The notes: generated by a model not told the origin, from the letters alone. A DNA stretch of 59,477 bases, filler included, from 7 parts of 7 records of this genome joined end to end with filler, not necessarily neighbours in it, one strand, 5' to 3'; numbered from the whole stretch's first letter, positions 29,778 through 40,311 are shown. Numbers and translations: made by a program.

Positions 29778-30590
29778 ATGGTTCACAAAGACAGAAGGCC
29801 CCTCGTGATGGGCATTATTAATTGCACCCCCGATTCTTTCTACTCCTCCAGCCGCCGAAGCGGTGCGGCTGCTGTCCTCGAACAGGCCCGGGCCATGGTC
29901 CGGGACGGAGCCGATATCCTGGATCTGGGCGGAGAATCCACCCGCCCCGGATCCGCCTATGTGAGCGAAGCCGAGGAGCTGGATAGGGTCGTCCCCGCAG
30001 TGGAAGCGATCAGAGCGGAGCTGGATGTCCCCCTCTCTATCGACACCCGCAAAAGCGCGGTGGCCCGCGCCTCCCTGGCCGCCGGCGCCGATATGATCAA
30101 CGATATCTCAGCCCTCAGGGACGATCCGGATATGACGGCTCTGGCCGCCGCAGAAGGCTGTCCCGTCATCCTGATGCATATGCAGGGGACTCCCGAGACC
30201 ATGCAGAACCGACCCTCCTACGACTCTGTGGTGGATGAGGTTCTGGACTTCCTCCACGGCGCCGCGGAGAAGGCGGAGGCCGCCGGGATCAGGAAGGAGA
30301 ACATCGTCCTGGATCCGGGCATCGGGTTCGGGAAGAGGCTGGAGGACAATCTGGAGCTGATCCGCAATATCCACCGCTTTTCCGAGAGGGGCTACGCCGT
30401 CCTCATGGGGCTCTCCCGGAAATCTTTTATCGGACAGATACTCGATGTGGAACCCGAGGACAGACTGATCGGCTCCCTTGCGGCCAACGGCTTCTGCGCC
30501 GCCCGGGGGACGGATATCCTCAGGGTCCATGACGTGAAAGAGACGGTCCAGATGGTCCGCATGCTTCAGGAGATCCTATGGAAGGACTGA
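29778..30590 (+). CDS. folP: Dihydropteroate synthase
   Basis: NCTPDSF, GGESTRPG, DPGIGFGK, SRKS, RVHDV. Confidence 0.95.
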   Translation: MVHKDRRPLVMGIINCTPDSFYSSSRRSGAAAVLEQARAMVRDGADILDLGGESTRPGSAYVSEAEELDRVVPAVEAIRAELDVPLSIDTRKSAVARASLAAGADMINDISALRDDPDMTALAAAEGCPVILMHMQGTPETMQNRPSYDSVVDEVLDFLHGAAEKAEAAGIRKENIVLDPGIGFGKRLEDNLELIRNIHRFSERGYAVLMGLSRKSFIGQILDVEPEDRLIGSLAANGFCAARGTDILRVHDVKETVQMVRMLQEILWKD

Positions 30591-31372
30591 TAGACAGCTG
30601 GGCGCTGCGGGAGGTCATCAGGCCCGCCATCGATATAGGGCTTTTGGCCTTTCTGATCTACAAGGCCTACAACATCATGGAGGAGACCCAGGCCATCCAG
30701 CTGCTCAAGGGCGCCTCCTTTTTGGTGCTGATATACGTGTTCGCCTGGGTGCTCCAGCTCAGCACCCTGCTCTGGATCCTGAACCTGCTGGCCCCCGGTA
30801 TCTTCATCGGCGTGGCCATCGTCTTCCAGCCCGAGCTCAGGAGCATCTTCACCCGCATCGGTCAGCGCGATTTCTTCCGCCTCCAGGCGAGGAGCCGCTC
30901 CCTGCAGCTGGACTCCATCCTCGGCGCGGCGGAGGTGCTGTCGGGACAGAAGCGGGGCGCCCTCATCGTATTCGCCAGGAACGTGGGTCTGAAGAATATC
31001 ATCGACACGGGAACGAAGCTCAACGCCGATCTGACCTCCTCCCTGATCATCACCATCTTCGGGCACGATACGCCCCTCCACGACGGCGCCCTGGTCATTC
31101 AGAACGGAGAGATCGTGGCGGCCGGCTGCTTCCTGCCCCTCTCCAGGCAGGCCGACATCAGAAGGAGCTTCGGCACCCGTCACAGGGCGGCCCTGGGGCT
31201 GGCCGAAGAGACGGACGCGGTGGTCCTGGTCGTTTCCGAGGAAACGGGGGCCATCTCCCTCTCCTACGACTCCCACATCTTCTACGCCCTGTCCCTGGAT
31301 GAGGCGCGTTTTCGTCTGAAACAGCTGTTGAATCTCCGGGATGACCACGGAGATGAGGGATACGGATCATGA
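30578..31372 (+). CDS. cdaA: Diadenylate cyclase
   Basis: Three TMs, HDGA, GTRHRAA. Confidence 0.95.
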   Translation: MEGLIDSWALREVIRPAIDIGLLAFLIYKAYNIMEETQAIQLLKGASFLVLIYVFAWVLQLSTLLWILNLLAPGIFIGVAIVFQPELRSIFTRIGQRDFFRLQARSRSLQLDSILGAAEVLSGQKRGALIVFARNVGLKNIIDTGTKLNADLTSSLIITIFGHDTPLHDGALVIQNGEIVAAGCFLPLSRQADIRRSFGTRHRAALGLAEETDAVVLVVSEETGAISLSYDSHIFYALSLDEARFRLKQLLNLRDDHGDEGYGS

Positions 31373-32322
31373 CGAAGATATCAGTTCACGGGCTTTTCGA
31401 CCGATGGCAGGCCAAGATCCTCTCCCTTCTCTGCGCCGTCCTGCTCTCCTTCTTCTATCAGATAAACAACATGGAGGAGCGCTACTTCAGCATCCCCCTC
31501 CAGGTCCAGACCTCTGAAGGCCTCTCCCCCTCGGGTGACTATCCCCGCTCGGTCAGGGTGAATCTGAGAGGCACCGAGGATGTGATCTACTCCATCATGG
31601 ACGACGAGATAAGCGCCGTCGCCGACTTCCGGCAGTACAGGGGGGAGGGGACCTACAAGGTTCCGGTCAATATCAGTCTGGGGAAGGCCTACGGCCCCGC
31701 CGAAGACACCATGGAGATACGCGTGGAGCCCTCTGAGATCACCATCAGCCAGGAGGAGGAGCTGGTGCGCAGCCTTGAGATCCAGCCCAGCCTGAGCGCC
31801 TTCCCGCCCAACGGTTACGAGCTGGTTCAGTTCTTCGTTTCCCCCTCCTTCGTCACCGTGCAGGGGCCCCGTTCCCAGCTGCAGGATGTGAAATCCATAC
31901 AGACCGAGGAGATAGACCTCTCCGGCCGCTACGACGACTTTACCGTCAGCTCCCGTCTGATCCCTCCCGGCAGCAACGTCAGCTTCCCCGGAGGGAATAC
32001 CATCGAGTTCCGGGGGGTCGTCGATGAGGCCGTGGTGATACAGAACCTGAGCAATCTGGACATCGTCTCGGTGGATCTGGATCCCCGTTTCGCCATCACG
32101 GAGAACCTTCCCGAGGTCTCCATCACGATACAGGGCAGTCAGCTGCTTCTGGAGGAGCTGAGGCCGAGGGACCTGCACTTCTACATCGACTGTTCCCGTA
32201 TCATCGTGCCGGGTACCTACACCCTCCCCATTCAGGTGGACATCCCTCCGGGCGTTGCCGTTCTGAAATACAATCCCCGGGAGATCCCGGTATCTTTCAG
32301 TGAAGCGGGAGGCGAGCCGTGA
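31369..32322 (+). CDS. cdaR: CdaR/YbbR-family regulator
   Basis: N-terminal TM, YbbR-like repeats, follows cdaA. Confidence 0.85.
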   Translation: MTKISVHGLFDRWQAKILSLLCAVLLSFFYQINNMEERYFSIPLQVQTSEGLSPSGDYPRSVRVNLRGTEDVIYSIMDDEISAVADFRQYRGEGTYKVPVNISLGKAYGPAEDTMEIRVEPSEITISQEEELVRSLEIQPSLSAFPPNGYELVQFFVSPSFVTVQGPRSQLQDVKSIQTEEIDLSGRYDDFTVSSRLIPPGSNVSFPGGNTIEFRGVVDEAVVIQNLSNLDIVSVDLDPRFAITENLPEVSITIQGSQLLLEELRPRDLHFYIDCSRIIVPGTYTLPIQVDIPPGVAVLKYNPREIPVSFSEAGGEP

Positions 32323-32702
32323 TCGCAGGAACGGGCATCGATATTGTGGATATAGAGCGCATCCGGCCCTGGCTTGAGCGGGAGGATCTGCTTCACCGTT
32401 ATTTCAGTGAAGACGAGATCGCCTATGTGAAAGGGAAGGGGAAGAACGCAGCCGCCTCCCTGGCCGCCCGCTTTTCCGCGAAAGAGGCCTTCGGAAAGGC
32501 TCTCGGGACCGGCCTGAGGGGGATCGCCCTCAAGGATATTGAGGTCGCCCTGGACGGGCATGGAAAGCCCGAACTCATCTTAAGAGGCTCGGCGGCCGAG
32601 GCTCTGGATCAGAGCCGGGGGGGACGGGTGTTCCTCTCCCTGAGCCATGACGCCACGTTCGCCATAGCCCAGGTCATCATCGAGGAGGAGCGGCATGGCT
32701 GA
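32319..32702 (+). CDS. acpS: Holo-ACP synthase
   Basis: GIDIVD, RFSAKEAFGKALGTG, SLSHD. Confidence 0.95.
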   Translation: MIAGTGIDIVDIERIRPWLEREDLLHRYFSEDEIAYVKGKGKNAAASLAARFSAKEAFGKALGTGLRGIALKDIEVALDGHGKPELILRGSAAEALDQSRGGRVFLSLSHDATFAIAQVIIEEERHG

Positions 32703-33552
32703 GAAGCCGATGAAAGTCACCTACATGTCCAAGCAGGAGCTCTCCTGCCCGGTGTGCGAGAATCAGTTCCGCAAGGAAGAGCTCCTTTCCGGGGGGGGGC
32801 GGATGAACGCCGGCGAGCTCACGAAGGAGCTCCACCGCATCTACGAGCCTACGAAGAAGTACGGCGCCGTCTATCCGCTGCTCTATCCCGTTACGGTCTG
32901 CCCCTCCTGCTACTACGCCTCCTACGCCTCCGATTTCAACGCCGTGGACGGGGAACGGGCAAATAGGCTGAGGGCGGAGATCGGGGACAGGAAGACCGCC
33001 CTGAACCGGATTTTCCCCGATCTGGATTTCCATGACTCCCGTACCCTGGCGGAGGGAATCGCCTCCTATGCCTTCGCCTCCATGTGTTACGAATCCGCTC
33101 CCCTGGCGACGGCTCCCCGCTTCAAGCAGGCCATGTCCTGTCTCAGGGCCGCCTGGCTCTGCATGGACTATCACAATGAGGAGAAGAGCGGGAACTACGA
33201 CTACCTGGCGCAGGTCTTCTACCGCAAGGCCGCCTTCTTCTATACCCGCGTGGTCGATCTGGAGCAGAAGGGAGAGGAGTCGGTTGAGAATATCAGCCAT
33301 CTGGGACCGGATATCGATAACAACTTCGCCTTCGACGGGGTGCTCTACCTCTCGGGGGTTCTGGAATTCAAATACGGCCAGAGGAGCAACCCCGAGCGGC
33401 GGGGAAGACAGTTGAAGAAGGCGCGTGCCACTGTCTCCCGGATCGTGGGCATGGGAAAGTCGTCAAAGTCGAAACCCTCGGCCCTTCTGGAGCTGGCCAG
33501 GGATCTGCACAAGCAGATCAAGGAAGAACTGGATGCCCTCGGAATCTCGTAA
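32695..33552 (+). CDS. DUF2225-like zinc-ribbon protein
   Basis: CPVC...CPSCYYA, LRAAW. Confidence 0.75.
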   Translation: MAEKPMKVTYMSKQELSCPVCENQFRKEELLSGGGRMNAGELTKELHRIYEPTKKYGAVYPLLYPVTVCPSCYYASYASDFNAVDGERANRLRAEIGDRKTALNRIFPDLDFHDSRTLAEGIASYAFASMCYESAPLATAPRFKQAMSCLRAAWLCMDYHNEEKSGNYDYLAQVFYRKAAFFYTRVVDLEQKGEESVENISHLGPDIDNNFAFDGVLYLSGVLEFKYGQRSNPERRGRQLKKARATVSRIVGMGKSSKSKPSALLELARDLHKQIKEELDALGIS

Positions 33553-34381
33553 ACCGGAACCGCCCCGTTCAGAGTCGCCTGAACCGGGACGGCCCGTTCC
33601 GGCGCCGCCCCATCGGGAATCGCGCAAGATAAGGCTGGACCTCTCCTATGACGGGACGGAGTTCGAAGGCTGGCAGAGGCAGAAGAGCGGCCGCACCGTA
33701 CAGGGCGAGATCGAGAAGGCCCTGAAGACCCTTCACAAGGGAAGGGATATCGCCCTTGTGGGATCGGGCAGAACCGATTCGGGGGTCCATGCCTCCTGTC
33801 AGGTGGCCCATTTCGAATCCGCGGGGAGCTCGGTCCCCTCGGATCGTTTTATGCAGGCCCTCAACTCCCAGCTGCCCCGGGATATCCGTATACAGAGAAG
33901 CCGGGAGGTACATCCCGGCTTCCACGCCCGATACGACGCGGTGATGCGGGTCTACCGCTACTATCTGATCAAGCCGGAGCATCAGAAGGCCCACATGACG
34001 GCCTACTCGGCGGTCTGCCTTCAGGATCTGGATCTGCCCCGGCTGAATGAGATGGCTCTGGCCCTGACGGGGAGTCACGACTTCAGTTCCTTCGCGGCGG
34101 CGCGGGATCCCAACGAAAACAAGGTCAGGACCGTACACAGCGCCCGCTTCTTTTCGGAAGGGCCCTATACGGTCTTCCGGGTTGCAGGAAACGCGTTTTT
34201 ATGGAGAATGGTCCGAACCATGGTGGGCACCCTTCTCCTCCTTCTGGAAAAGGGGGGAGGGCCCGAGGATGTAAGGGCCATCCTGGAAGCCCGGGACAGA
34301 ACCAAGGCAGGTCCCTCGGCCAAGCCGTGGGGCTTATTTCTGGATAAGGTGATTTATGGATCGGAACACGTTATATACTGA
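33533..34381 (+). CDS. truA: tRNA pseudouridine(38-40) synthase
   Basis: YDGTEFEGWQ, GRTDSGVHA, FLWRMVR; likely ATG 33533. Confidence 0.95.
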   Translation: MPSESRKPEPPRSESPEPGRPVPAPPHRESRKIRLDLSYDGTEFEGWQRQKSGRTVQGEIEKALKTLHKGRDIALVGSGRTDSGVHASCQVAHFESAGSSVPSDRFMQALNSQLPRDIRIQRSREVHPGFHARYDAVMRVYRYYLIKPEHQKAHMTAYSAVCLQDLDLPRLNEMALALTGSHDFSSFAAARDPNENKVRTVHSARFFSEGPYTVFRVAGNAFLWRMVRTMVGTLLLLLEKGGGPEDVRAILEARDRTKAGPSAKPWGLFLDKVIYGSEHVIY

Positions 34382-35057
34382 CTTCTGGGAGCTCCTGAGC
34401 AAAAGCGAGGACTATCTGCGCTACGGCATGCGCTCGTCCCGGGGAGACGCTCCCGATTTTTCGGCTCCTCCCGAACCCGAACCGCTGAGTCCGGAGCCCC
34501 GGGGGCACGAGGAATTTCCCGTTCTCGATCCCGACAACTGCGCGGACTGCCCCCTGGCGAAGGCCGGCCGGCGCGCTGTTCCCTCCATGGGCAATCCCGG
34601 GGCGGATCTCTGGGTGTTCACCGATCCACCCGGGCTCGAAGCCGAGAAAAACGCCTTTCCCCTTATGGGGGACGAGATGGACTATTTCTCCAAATGGATG
34701 AAGGCCATCGACCTGGAGCTTCCGGATGATCTCTACCTTCAGAATCTGATCCGCTGCCGCCCCCCCGGGAACAGGCCCCCCTTTCCCGAGGAACTGAATC
34801 GCTGCGGCAGGGAGCTGATTCAGCGTCTGAAGACCCACAGGCCCCGGGTCATCCTGGCTCTCGGACCCAGTCCGGCATCATGGTTTACGGGCCGAAGGGG
34901 AGGGAAGGTCAGCGCTCTGCGCGGTCAGGTCTACAACTGGGAGGGGATCCCCGTTGTGGTCAGCTATTCCCCGGATCAGGTGCTCAGTTACGGAGAGCTG
35001 AAACGCCCCGTCTGGGAGGACCTGAAGGGAGTGCGGAATATCCTGAATGGCAACTGA
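34356..35057 (+). CDS. Family-4 uracil-DNA glycosylase-like protein with degenerate active site
   Basis: CADC, NLIRCRPPGNR, ILALG; TDPPG replaces GEAPG and YSP replaces YHP. Confidence 0.8.
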   Translation: MDRNTLYTDFWELLSKSEDYLRYGMRSSRGDAPDFSAPPEPEPLSPEPRGHEEFPVLDPDNCADCPLAKAGRRAVPSMGNPGADLWVFTDPPGLEAEKNAFPLMGDEMDYFSKWMKAIDLELPDDLYLQNLIRCRPPGNRPPFPEELNRCGRELIQRLKTHRPRVILALGPSPASWFTGRRGGKVSALRGQVYNWEGIPVVVSYSPDQVLSYGELKRPVWEDLKGVRNILNGN

Positions 35058-37014
35058 GTATCTCGAGATCGCTTTCAATCTGCCCCTGGACTCGGTGTTC
35101 TCATACGCCCTCCCCGGGGATGAGGACCGTCCGGCGAAGGATCTGATAGGCTGCCGGGTGTCCGCCGATTTCGGCAGGCGCAAGCTGACGGGCTGGGTGG
35201 TCTCGGTAGGGAATGAACTCCCCGAAGGGGTCAAAGAGGCCAAACCTGTCAAACGGGTGATGGATGAACAGCCCCTATTCGACGAATCCCTCCTGGAGCT
35301 GGCCCGCTGGATGGCGGATTTCTATCTCTGTTCCCTGGGAGAGGCCCTTTCGGTCATGCTGCCCGGAGGGAAGCGGGAGAAGGATCTCCCCCCCTTGGGG
35401 CTGGGGGGCGCCGAGGAATCCCATACCCCTGTAAAGCTGTCGGAGGATCAGGAAAAGGCCTATAGGGATATACGGGACGGGAAGGGGTCCTTCCACTATC
35501 TCTACGGCATAACGGGCTCGGGAAAGACCGAGGTCTTTCTCCGTACCGCAGAGGATGTTCTGGCTCAGGGAAAGAGCGTTCTTTTCCTGGTTCCCGAGAT
35601 CTCTCTGACCCATCAGATGGTGGACGATCTTTCGGGGCGTTTCGACACCCGCCCCGCCGTGCTCCACTCCCATCTGACCCCTTCCCAGAAGCTGACCGAA
35701 TGGCGTCGCATCCAGTCGGGTGAGGCTCGCATCGTGCTGGGCGCCCGCAGCGCCGTCTTCGCCCCCATCAGGGATCTGGGGCTGATCGTGTTGGACGAGG
35801 AGCATGAGACCTCCTATAAATCCGGTTCGGCCCCCCGGTATCACGGCCGCCAGCTGGCCATGAAGCGCTGCCGCAGCGAGGGCGCCAAGCTCCTGATGGG
35901 AAGCGCCACGCCCTCGGTGGAGTCCTGGCATCTGATGTCCACAGGGGCCTTTCGCCGCCACGTCCTGACCGGCCGTCCCGCCGGGGGAGCCCTGCCGGAA
36001 ATCGATATCGTGGACCTCCGGAAGTCGAAGAGCCTTCTGTCCCAGGATCTGATAGCCACCATGGCCGGAGTCCTGGGAGAGAAAAAACAGGTCATTCTCT
36101 TCCTCAACCGCCGCGGCCACTCCTATTTCTTTCACTGCCGCAGCTGCGGATACGAAACCAAGTGCCGTCAGTGCAGCGTTCCCCTGACCTATCACAAAAA
36201 CAGGAACCGGATGATCTGTCACTACTGCGGTTATCAGGAGCCCCCCCTGAGCCTCTGCCCTTCATGCGGCTCCATGGACGTGGGTTATGCGGGCTTCGGC
36301 ACCGAACAGGTGGAGGAGCAGGTGGCCGCCGTCTTTCCCGAGGCCCGGATCGCCCGCCTGGATACGGACAGCGCCCGGAAGAAGGGGGTGCTCCAGGACA
36401 CCATAAAGCAGTTCCGGGAGGGGGATATCGATATCCTTCTGGGGACGCAGATGGTGGCCAAGGGGCTTAACTTTCCCGGTGTGAAGCTGGTGGGCATTGT
36501 GCTGGCGGATACGGGGCTCTCCCTTCCCGATTTCCGGGCGTCCGAGCGCTCCTTCTCCCTGATCGTACAGGTGGCGGGCCGGGCCGGACGCTACAGGGAC
36601 GACGGCCGGGTGCTGGTCCAGACCATGCGCCCCGAAAATCCCGCGGTGGTTCTGGGATGCGAAGGGGATATGGAATCCTTCTACGCCTATGAGCTGGAGC
36701 AGAGGCGGATGATGTCGTTCCCCCCCTTCTCCAGACTGATCCGCATCGTGTACCGGGGGAAGAGACAGGATACTGTTCTGGATGGCCTGGACGCCCTGAC
36801 CGAGCGCTTCCGGCAGGCCGGGCTTCCTGAGGTTCTGGGGCCGGCCGAGTGTCCCCTGGGCGTGATCGCCGGCAACTACCGCTATCATACGCTGATACGA
36901 TGCCGGGAGGACTTTTCGGGCATACACCGGGTGGCCGCCTCCGTCCTGAAGACGACGGAGATTCCCCGGGGCGTATACCGCGAGATCGATATTGATCCGG
37001 TGCAGCTGCTGTGA
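35047..37014 (+). CDS. priA: Primosomal protein N'
   Basis: GITGSGKT, DEEH, SATPS, four CxxC, QVAGRAGR. Confidence 0.96.
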   Translation: MATEYLEIAFNLPLDSVFSYALPGDEDRPAKDLIGCRVSADFGRRKLTGWVVSVGNELPEGVKEAKPVKRVMDEQPLFDESLLELARWMADFYLCSLGEALSVMLPGGKREKDLPPLGLGGAEESHTPVKLSEDQEKAYRDIRDGKGSFHYLYGITGSGKTEVFLRTAEDVLAQGKSVLFLVPEISLTHQMVDDLSGRFDTRPAVLHSHLTPSQKLTEWRRIQSGEARIVLGARSAVFAPIRDLGLIVLDEEHETSYKSGSAPRYHGRQLAMKRCRSEGAKLLMGSATPSVESWHLMSTGAFRRHVLTGRPAGGALPEIDIVDLRKSKSLLSQDLIATMAGVLGEKKQVILFLNRRGHSYFFHCRSCGYETKCRQCSVPLTYHKNRNRMICHYCGYQEPPLSLCPSCGSMDVGYAGFGTEQVEEQVAAVFPEARIARLDTDSARKKGVLQDTIKQFREGDIDILLGTQMVAKGLNFPGVKLVGIVLADTGLSLPDFRASERSFSLIVQVAGRAGRYRDDGRVLVQTMRPENPAVVLGCEGDMESFYAYELEQRRMMSFPPFSRLIRIVYRGKRQDTVLDGLDALTERFRQAGLPEVLGPAECPLGVIAGNYRYHTLIRCREDFSGIHRVAASVLKTTEIPRGVYREIDIDPVQLL

Positions 37015-37104
37015 TGAATTGACTTTAGCCGCGGCTTATGAGTATTCTTTCACTGATGCCCGGGCGCTTTTGCGCCGCCCCGCATCCATGAGAAGAGGTA
37101 ATGT

Positions 37105-37605
37105 ATGGATATATACACGATAGATATAGACAAGGAACTTGAGGTTCTCAGAAATAAATCGCTTCCCGTTAAGGATATCAACGGCGAGCTGGTGGAGTAC
37201 ACAAACCGGATGATCCAGGCCATCGACGGCATCGGAATCGGTCTGGCCGCGCCCCAGGTGGGACGGAACGAGCGATTCTTCGTCGTAAACATCGATGAGA
37301 GGACGGGTCCCCTCGTCTTCTTCAATCCCGAGATCATCGGGACGAGCGAGGAGCTCTCCTCCTACGAAGAGGGCTGCCTGAGCATCCCCGGCATGTACGG
37401 CGATGTCAAACGCCCCGCCGCCATCCAGATCCAGGCCTGGAACCAGAGGGGGCGCCCCTTCAAGCTGGAGGCCGACGGCCTGCTGGCCACCTGCATACAG
37501 CACGAGCTGGACCATCTGAACGGCGTCATGTTCATCGACCACCTCAGCGACAGGAAGCGTGAGAAACTGCTGAAGAAATATATGAAAACCCTGGGGGCCA
37601 CATGA
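37105..37605 (+). CDS. def: Peptide deformylase
   Basis: GIGLAAPQ, EGCLS, HELDH. Confidence 0.96.
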   Translation: MDIYTIDIDKELEVLRNKSLPVKDINGELVEYTNRMIQAIDGIGIGLAAPQVGRNERFFVVNIDERTGPLVFFNPEIIGTSEELSSYEEGCLSIPGMYGDVKRPAAIQIQAWNQRGRPFKLEADGLLATCIQHELDHLNGVMFIDHLSDRKREKLLKKYMKTLGAT

Positions 37606-38555
37606 GAATACTCTTCGCCGGCACCCCCGATATAGCCGTTCCCGCTCTCAGGGCCCTGGCGGCGTCTCATGACGTGGCCGCTGTTCTGACAAATCCAGAC
37701 CGGATCCAGGGCCGGGGCAGGAAGATCCACTCCTCCGAGGTCAAGCTGGCCGCCGACGAGCTGGGATTGAAGGTCCTCCAGCCCCAGAAGCTGGACGCCG
37801 GCTTCCGCGAGGAGATCGCCGGGATGGGGATAGAGCTTCTGGTCTGCATCGCCTACGGGAAGATCTTCTCCCAGGCCTTTCTGGACCTCTTCCCCCGGGG
37901 CGGGATCAACTTCCATCCCTCCCGCCTTCCCGACTTCAGAGGCCCCTCGCCCCTGAACGCCCAGATCCTGAGGGGTGACGCCCTCGGCGCCGTCACCGTC
38001 CAGACCCTGGCGAAGGCCATGGACAGCGGAGACATCCTCCTGCAGGAGGACATGCTCCTGGATGACCGGGAAACCACGGCCTCCCTTTCCGAAAAGGCCG
38101 CCCGCATGGCGGGGAGCTGCCTCCTGAAGGTCCTCGCTTCCATGGAGGAGGGGAGCCTGGTGCCCCGCCGGCAGGATCATGACAAGGCGACCTTCTGTTC
38201 CCTTATCGGAAAGAACGACGGGCTGATGGACTGGGGCCTGAGCGCCGTCCGGCTGGACAGGATCGTCAGGGCCTATACGCCCTGGCCCCACGGGTTCACA
38301 TTCTGGAAGGGGCTGCGTCTGAATATCCTGGAGGCCGCTCCCTATGCGGGCCCGGCTCCCGTCGTTGAAAACACGGCGCCCGGAACCGTGGCGGGACTGG
38401 ACAAAAAAGAGGGAATTTTGGTACAAACTGGTGATGGGGTTCTGGCGTTGAAGCGCCTGCAGCTTCAGTCTAAGAAAGCCCTGGACTTTAAATCTTTTCT
38501 CAACGGTTCGAAAGATTTTAGAGGTTCGGTACTGGGAGAAGAGCATGATCTCTAA
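37602..38555 (+). CDS. fmt: Methionyl-tRNA formyltransferase
   Basis: FAGTPD, NFHPSRLP.FRGPSP, MDSGD. Confidence 0.95.
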   Translation: MRILFAGTPDIAVPALRALAASHDVAAVLTNPDRIQGRGRKIHSSEVKLAADELGLKVLQPQKLDAGFREEIAGMGIELLVCIAYGKIFSQAFLDLFPRGGINFHPSRLPDFRGPSPLNAQILRGDALGAVTVQTLAKAMDSGDILLQEDMLLDDRETTASLSEKAARMAGSCLLKVLASMEEGSLVPRRQDHDKATFCSLIGKNDGLMDWGLSAVRLDRIVRAYTPWPHGFTFWKGLRLNILEAAPYAGPAPVVENTAPGTVAGLDKKEGILVQTGDGVLALKRLQLQSKKALDFKSFLNGSKDFRGSVLGEEHDL

Positions 38556-39591
38556 AATCAAAAGTATGATACAAGCCCCCGCGATGGACTCTCTTCAGGG
38601 AAAATCGGATCTGGGTACGAGGGATGAGAAGAACTTCTTCCGCATGGCCCTTATGATGATTCTCGGGGCCCTTCTCCTTCTCTTTCTGAGTTTCATGATC
38701 ACCTTTTTCGTCTCCGTCAGAGGGGCGGAACAGACCCTGGTGCCCGATGTCACCGGCGAGCTTCTTATGGACGGGCTTATCAGCCTGCAGGAGAAGGAGC
38801 TTTATCCCAGGATACAGGTCCGCTACACTGAGGATCCCCTGGAGAAGGACAGGATCATAAGCCAGGAGCCCAAGGCCGGGAGCGTCGTCCGGGCGGGGAA
38901 ACGGATCAAGCTGATGATCAGCAAGGGGGCCGTCGTTGACAAGGTGGGCTCCTATACGGGCCAGAGCCTTTCGGATGTGAAGACCCATCTTCAGACCCTC
39001 TTCGCCTCCTATACCCCCCTGATGGTGATAAAAGAGCCTGTTGTGTTCGTGTTTGACGATGCCCCCGCCGGTACCATTCTCGAACAGTATCCCCCCGCCG
39101 AAACGCCCCTTGCCGGCATGACCGAGCTGGTCTTTATTGTCAGCCGCGGTCCCGTTGGCGAGACCTATAATATCGATGACTTCGGCGGCCTGAAGTGGAT
39201 GGACGCCCTTAACCGTCTCGTCCGTTCCAACCAGCCCTTCGTCTTCCGCTTCTCAGAAGGAGAGGAGGACCGGGACGCCATGGTTCTGGAACAGCAGCCC
39301 AGGGCGGGCAGCCAGGTCCGGGCCGGCACGGTGGTCGAGCTGACCCTGTCGGGAGTGAAAAAATTACCAAGGGATGAGAAGCTCGGCATTATCGAAGTGG
39401 CCCTTCCCGAGTATCCTGTGTCCGTTAAGCTGACGGTGGAAAGGACGGAGACGGGAGGACGGCCCGAGACTGTCCTCGAGATGATGCATCCCGGCGGCCT
39501 GTTCGCCTTCCCCTACAGGGAGAAGCTGGGAACCGAGATCACTGTAAAGGTGTACGACGAGGTCGTGAAGACCGTGGATGTGGTCGAATAA
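38545..39591 (+). CDS. PASTA-domain membrane protein
   Basis: One TM then VPDVTG...IISQEP repeats. Confidence 0.88.
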   Translation: MISKIKSMIQAPAMDSLQGKSDLGTRDEKNFFRMALMMILGALLLLFLSFMITFFVSVRGAEQTLVPDVTGELLMDGLISLQEKELYPRIQVRYTEDPLEKDRIISQEPKAGSVVRAGKRIKLMISKGAVVDKVGSYTGQSLSDVKTHLQTLFASYTPLMVIKEPVVFVFDDAPAGTILEQYPPAETPLAGMTELVFIVSRGPVGETYNIDDFGGLKWMDALNRLVRSNQPFVFRFSEGEEDRDAMVLEQQPRAGSQVRAGTVVELTLSGVKKLPRDEKLGIIEVALPEYPVSVKLTVERTETGGRPETVLEMMHPGGLFAFPYREKLGTEITVKVYDEVVKTVDVVE

Positions 39592-39638
39592 GACGCTGTG
39601 CCGGACTTTTTCCGCTTCGCATAAAAAAGTATGACTTG

Positions 39639-39667
39639 AAAAAAGCTCCCGGCCGGGAGCTTTTTTT
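39639..39667. terminator. Bidirectional terminator
   Basis: A6-GCTCCC-GGCC-GGGAGC-T7. Confidence 0.88.
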
Positions 39668-39839
39668 ATCTGCAGAAGGGCTGAGCGATTTGAAGGGAGG
39701 CTGGCCGGCTTTCAGAATGACCGGCAGGTTGGCAACCCCACCGGCGAAGCGCCCGCCCTGTTGAACGACAGCCGCCGCAGCTTCCGTGGATGCACTGGAA
39801 CATGCATGGCGCTCCGGAGGCTGTCAAAAAACGGTGCGG

Positions 39840-40311
39840 CTAATCAGTCAAAGCAGCCCTGAAGAGATCACCCCTTTCATGGAGATAGCGCAGCGTCCGT
39901 TCCTGTATGCCCTCGAAGAACTCCTGTTCCAGTGTGCAGCAGGGGACGCCCGTATAGCGGTAATGCCAGCTCTCCCACATATAGCCTGTATACTCCTCCA
40001 TGCCCACGGGGTAACTCAGGGAGAAACCGTAGCGCCAGGCGTTCTCCTTCAGCCATTTCCCCTCGGCGGTTTCGGCGAAGCTGTCGTCAATGCTGCCGAA
40101 GTCCATAGCCGTCCCCAGCTGGTGCTGGGACTTGCCGGGTCTGGCGGAGTAGCGTTCAGCCGCTTCCACGCTGTCGCTTGCCGCATAGCGTTCGAAGAGC
40201 ATCTTCTGGTAGTCGTAGGGGCGATAGGCCGAAGAGATCATCAGCCTCAGTCCTTCCGAGCCGGCGGCTTCGCTCATGGCGATCAGCTGGGGCAGAACCC
40301 GGGCGCTCAGC
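39840..40311 (-). CDS. M15B (VanY-type) D,D-carboxypeptidase (5' truncated)
   Basis: SAYR, SQHQLGTAMD, ESWH. Confidence 0.9.

Noticed and set aside
28349-29779. 476-aa antisense ORF
   Set aside because: Mirror of the ompA-family gene caused by codon bias
30578-33552. Diadenylate cyclase as a CBASS-like defence system
   Set aside because: cdaA-cdaR-acpS is an ordinary housekeeping arrangement
37362-38561. 399-aa antisense ORF
   Set aside because: Shadow of def and fmt
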